Positions 61,562 through 64,000 of a stretch of DNA of 64,000 bases are shown piece after piece (the first letter of the stretch is position 1; each line of letters starts with the position of its first letter). The position numbers and the translations under genes were made by a program. Source of the stretch: an uncultured Acidimicrobiales bacterium (GTDB lineage: Bacteria; Actinomycetota; Acidimicrobiia; Acidimicrobiales; SZUA-35). The stretch is taken from assembly GCA_938029215.1 (NCBI GenBank), contig CALHFG010000018.1, positions 49,444-113,443 of the forward strand. The letters run 5' to 3'. Below the pieces are notes generated by a model. It did not search any database, had not been told where the DNA came from, and worked only from the letters and a program-made list of their open reading frames with translations.

Positions 61562-63134
61562 CGCCGTACCGATCAGCGAGGGGCCTCCAACCGGTGCGAT
61601 CGAGTGGCGGCGCCCGCACCCCTACACGTTGTTGATCGAACTGGTTTCTTCGGTCCGAGATCTCATCTTTCCAATCGCCTTCATCCTGTTGCAGGGGTCC
61701 GGAGATTCCGAAACGTTCGTCACCGAAATCCTTCCGCTCATTGCGATCGTCCTGCCGATCGGCACCGCGATCGCCCGCTACTTCACCACGCGATACGCCC
61801 TCACCGACGAAGCGCTGCTGCACAACTACGGCATCATCAAGCGCAACAAGCAAGTTCTTCCTCGCAGAAACATTCAGAACCTTTCCACCTCGGCCGGCCT
61901 GATCGCACGAGCCACCGGATTGCAGGAACTAACGATTAGCGATGCGTCCCAAGGCGGCGACATCAACCTTCGACTACTTTCGGTCGAAGACGCCGAGTCG
62001 CTCATGAGCCTGCTCCGACAGGAATCGGGAGCGACGGTCGCTCAGCCCGGAGAACACGGCACTGTAGATCCGCTCAATCCAACGCTGGCCGACTACCCGG
62101 AACCCGGATCGTCGTTGGATCGGTTGGCCGCACCTACATCTGGAGCTGCCGCGTTCGTCGACGATCCCATTCACGAGCTGGTGCTCTCGGATCTGGTCAA
62201 GTTCAGAACAGTCACCTCCGGCGGACCCTTGATGGGTATCGCCGTAGTCATCGGGCTCTTGATCGCATACCTCACCATTCCCGAACTGTCAGAGAACCTG
62301 TCGTGGAGCGGGGCCCTGTTCGTGGTCGGACCAATCGGCGCCGGTCTGGTAGCTGCGTTCGCTCCGGTCTTCTCCCTGGGTGGATTCCGGCTGTGGAGCG
62401 ACCCCGACCGACTTCGGATCAAGACCGGGCTGCTCACCGAAGTTCAACTGAACGCGCGACGCGAGCGGCTCCAGTTGATCCGGGTAGACCGGCATGTGCT
62501 GGCCCAAAAGATCGGTCTCGAGGCCGTGCAATTTGAAACCGCCGATGTCGAAGGCAATACCGCGCATGTGAATTTCCTGGCCCCGGCAGTTTCATCAGAG
62601 TCGTGGCAACGCTTCGCCTCCGATGCCCTTGGCGAGGTAGAGCTCAGCGAGGCCGATCTGAGGAAGGTCAGCCCTCTCACGAAGCGGCGGTCGCTGGTGC
62701 GTTTCGCCATGGGCGGGATCACTCCGCTCCTAGCGCTGGGGGCAGCCATAGCGTTCGCGGAGGGAACGAGCCGAATGCTTGTTATTGCAATCGCTGTCGC
62801 TCTGATCGCGGGCTACTTGGCGCTCGCCGTTTGGTATGCAAATCGTCGCGCGGAACGCCTCGGCTGGGCGGTGGGAGAAGATCAGTTCCTCTTTCGAAGC
62901 GGCGTTGTGGGCGAGCAGTTGGTTCTTGTCCGCAAGGAGAAGCTGCAGGTGCTTCGGGCCCATCAAACCTACTTCCAGCGACGACTCGGACTCGCCACGT
63001 TGCAGCTTGGCACGGCCGGTGTTGGCCTCCTCGGTAACGTGACGCTGCCCGACCTGGAATTGAGCGTGGCTAATGGTGTGCTGGATCACCTGGCCGAGGC
63101 GTCAGCGTCGACCCAACTCAGCCGCACCCTGTAG
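61554..63134 (+). CDS. YdbT-like membrane protein with three bPH_2 domains
   Basis: 526 aa. Repeated ...RNIQNLSTSAGLIARATGLQELTI / ...IRVDRHVLAQKIGLEAVQFETA / ...LRAHQTYFQRRLGLATLQLGTAG modules. 8-nt overlap with the ydbS-like gene. Confidence 0.75.
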   Translation: MSDAVPISEGPPTGAIEWRRPHPYTLLIELVSSVRDLIFPIAFILLQGSGDSETFVTEILPLIAIVLPIGTAIARYFTTRYALTDEALLHNYGIIKRNKQVLPRRNIQNLSTSAGLIARATGLQELTISDASQGGDINLRLLSVEDAESLMSLLRQESGATVAQPGEHGTVDPLNPTLADYPEPGSSLDRLAAPTSGAAAFVDDPIHELVLSDLVKFRTVTSGGPLMGIAVVIGLLIAYLTIPELSENLSWSGALFVVGPIGAGLVAAFAPVFSLGGFRLWSDPDRLRIKTGLLTEVQLNARRERLQLIRVDRHVLAQKIGLEAVQFETADVEGNTAHVNFLAPAVSSESWQRFASDALGEVELSEADLRKVSPLTKRRSLVRFAMGGITPLLALGAAIAFAEGTSRMLVIAIAVALIAGYLALAVWYANRRAERLGWAVGEDQFLFRSGVVGEQLVLVRKEKLQVLRAHQTYFQRRLGLATLQLGTAGVGLLGNVTLPDLELSVANGVLDHLAEASASTQLSRTL

Positions 63135-63155
63135 GTCTCGCTGTGGCCGCGGAGG

Positions 63156-63638
63156 CTAGGGCTCCGGGTCGGCCAGCCGGATCATGAGCTTGCGCAGGTG
63201 CTCGGTGAACTCGCCGAGGCCATCGACATCGGCGAACAGTCCGGTTTCGGCTTCGTTCTGGGCGTGGTACATCTCGACCAACGCGGCTGACCCTTCGGGC
63301 GTGAGGCGCACCTGCACCAGTCGCTTGTCTGCGGCGCTTCGCTCTTTTTGGATCAGCCCTTTCCCCTCAAGGGTTCTGAGTACTCCGGAGACCGCAGCGG
63401 TGGAAACGCCCGACAACTTCGCCATTTGGCGAGGCTCTAACTCGTCATAAACCCACAGCGTAAACAGCACCCGAAATCCCGCAGTCGATATTCCGCGAGG
63501 CCGATGGATCGACCGTTCAAGAAAGGTGAGGTACTGGGTGGCCAGCCGAAATAGGACGAAGGATGCCCCGAAGGAATCCATGTCAAAACCACCCGCTTCG
63601 ACCAGCCGGGCTCGGGCGTTTTCTTCAAACCGATCCAT
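63156..63638 (-). CDS. MarR family transcriptional regulator
   Basis: Track ORF trimmed to ATG 63638 (160 aa). LEPRQMAKLSGVSTAAVSGVLRTLEGKGLIQKERSAADKRLVQVRLTPEG. Confidence 0.85.
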   Translation of the reverse strand: MDRFEENARARLVEAGGFDMDSFGASFVLFRLATQYLTFLERSIHRPRGISTAGFRVLFTLWVYDELEPRQMAKLSGVSTAAVSGVLRTLEGKGLIQKERSAADKRLVQVRLTPEGSAALVEMYHAQNEAETGLFADVDGLGEFTEHLRKLMIRLADPEP

Positions 63639-63639
63639 G

Positions 63640-64000
63640 CTATTTCGGAGCCACTTCGAGGGTGCGACCCCGAAACTCCGCAACCACAGTCTCGCTGCCA
63701 TCGGCGTCGACAGTCGTAACGGCCACATCCCAGATCCGCAGTTTCCGTCGATTGATTCGCATCGACGCCGTGGCCCGCAATCGAGAACCGACCGGCACTG
63801 GCGCGAGAAAATCGATTTCTGCATGGCTTGCCAGCGAAGGAGCCGCTGTGTTGCTGGCCCTCCCCATCGCCGCGTCCGCCAATAAGAACATGATGCCGCC
63901 GTGACAAATGCCGTGGGCGTTTGCGTGCTCGGACCTCACCGAGACCTCCACCACCGAAGACGTCGTGGTCTGGGAAATCGGCTCGATTCCCAACAGCGCC
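63640..64000 (-). CDS. PaaI/hotdog-fold thioesterase, probably 5'-truncated by the window edge
   Basis: ...VEVSVRSEHANAHGICHGGIMFLLADAAMG... is the typical PaaI core. The reading frame is still open at 64000. Confidence 0.75.
   Translation of the reverse strand, partial: ALLGIEPISQTTTSSVVEVSVRSEHANAHGICHGGIMFLLADAAMGRASNTAAPSLASHAEIDFLAPVPVGSRLRATASMRINRRKLRIWDVAVTTVDADGSETVVAEFRGRTLEVAPK

Noticed and set aside
1-64000. Search for mobile elements, prophage, CRISPR-Cas, toxin-antitoxin or known defence systems
   Set aside because: I recognised no integrase, transposase, recombinase, Cas, restriction-modification or nuclease/NTPase defence-type proteins in any frame. There are no terminal inverted repeats or att-like duplications apart from the 41-bp repeat at 18.3 kb.

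Overview
High-GC, actinobacterial-type chromosomal segment. It carries mihF, and it keeps the alaS-ruvX-mltG-aroE...aroK/B-pepP-efp-nusB and pyrR-pyrB-pyrC-carA-carB-pyrF-mihF-gmk-rpoZ-coaBC-metK-priA gene orders as I remember them from Mycobacterium. I call about 69 protein-coding genes, packed densely with many 1-8 nt stop/start overlaps. I saw no rRNA, tRNA, CRISPR array, transposase, integrase, prophage or recognisable defence gene. Every intergenic gap is under about 220 nt. The window has four zones. (i) 0-15.5 kb holds pfk, a CoA-transferase and TetR, followed by a roughly 13 kb stress island. (ii) 15.6-23.6 kb is mixed accessory and housekeeping: an HTTM-protein pair, an acyltransferase, an MDR reductase, azlCD, a beta-hydroxyacid dehydrogenase, and an ATP-grasp plus two RNA/SAM methyltransferases. 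(iii) 23.6-52.2 kb is a 29 kb minus-strand housekeeping block joining the pyr/mihF/metK/priA cluster to the aro/efp/nusB/alaS cluster. (iv) 52.4-64 kb holds an OtsB-GH15 fusion, an ATL protein, an ABC-2 exporter with a HisKA_3/LuxR two-component system, an ABC-F ATPase, ydbS/ydbT-like PH-domain proteins, MarR and a thioesterase. The best candidate for new biology is the 2.7-15.5 kb island. It contains a close DevR/DosR-like response regulator, 5 USP genes (8 USP domains), 2 PPOX-like genes and an Rv0079/RafH-like hibernation factor with extra N-terminal domains. Its sensor is a cytoplasmic kinase whose first PAS domain aligns without gaps to the FixL haem-PAS, rather than the GAF kinases DosS/DosT. 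A truncated PAS-PAS-DHp paralogue lacks both the ATPase domain and the phospho-acceptor His (His to Gln). GGGAC-N4-GTCCC-like palindromes sit in the island's promoter regions. All homology statements come from reading the translations and comparing them with remembered family motifs and sequences. No database search or statistics could be run.
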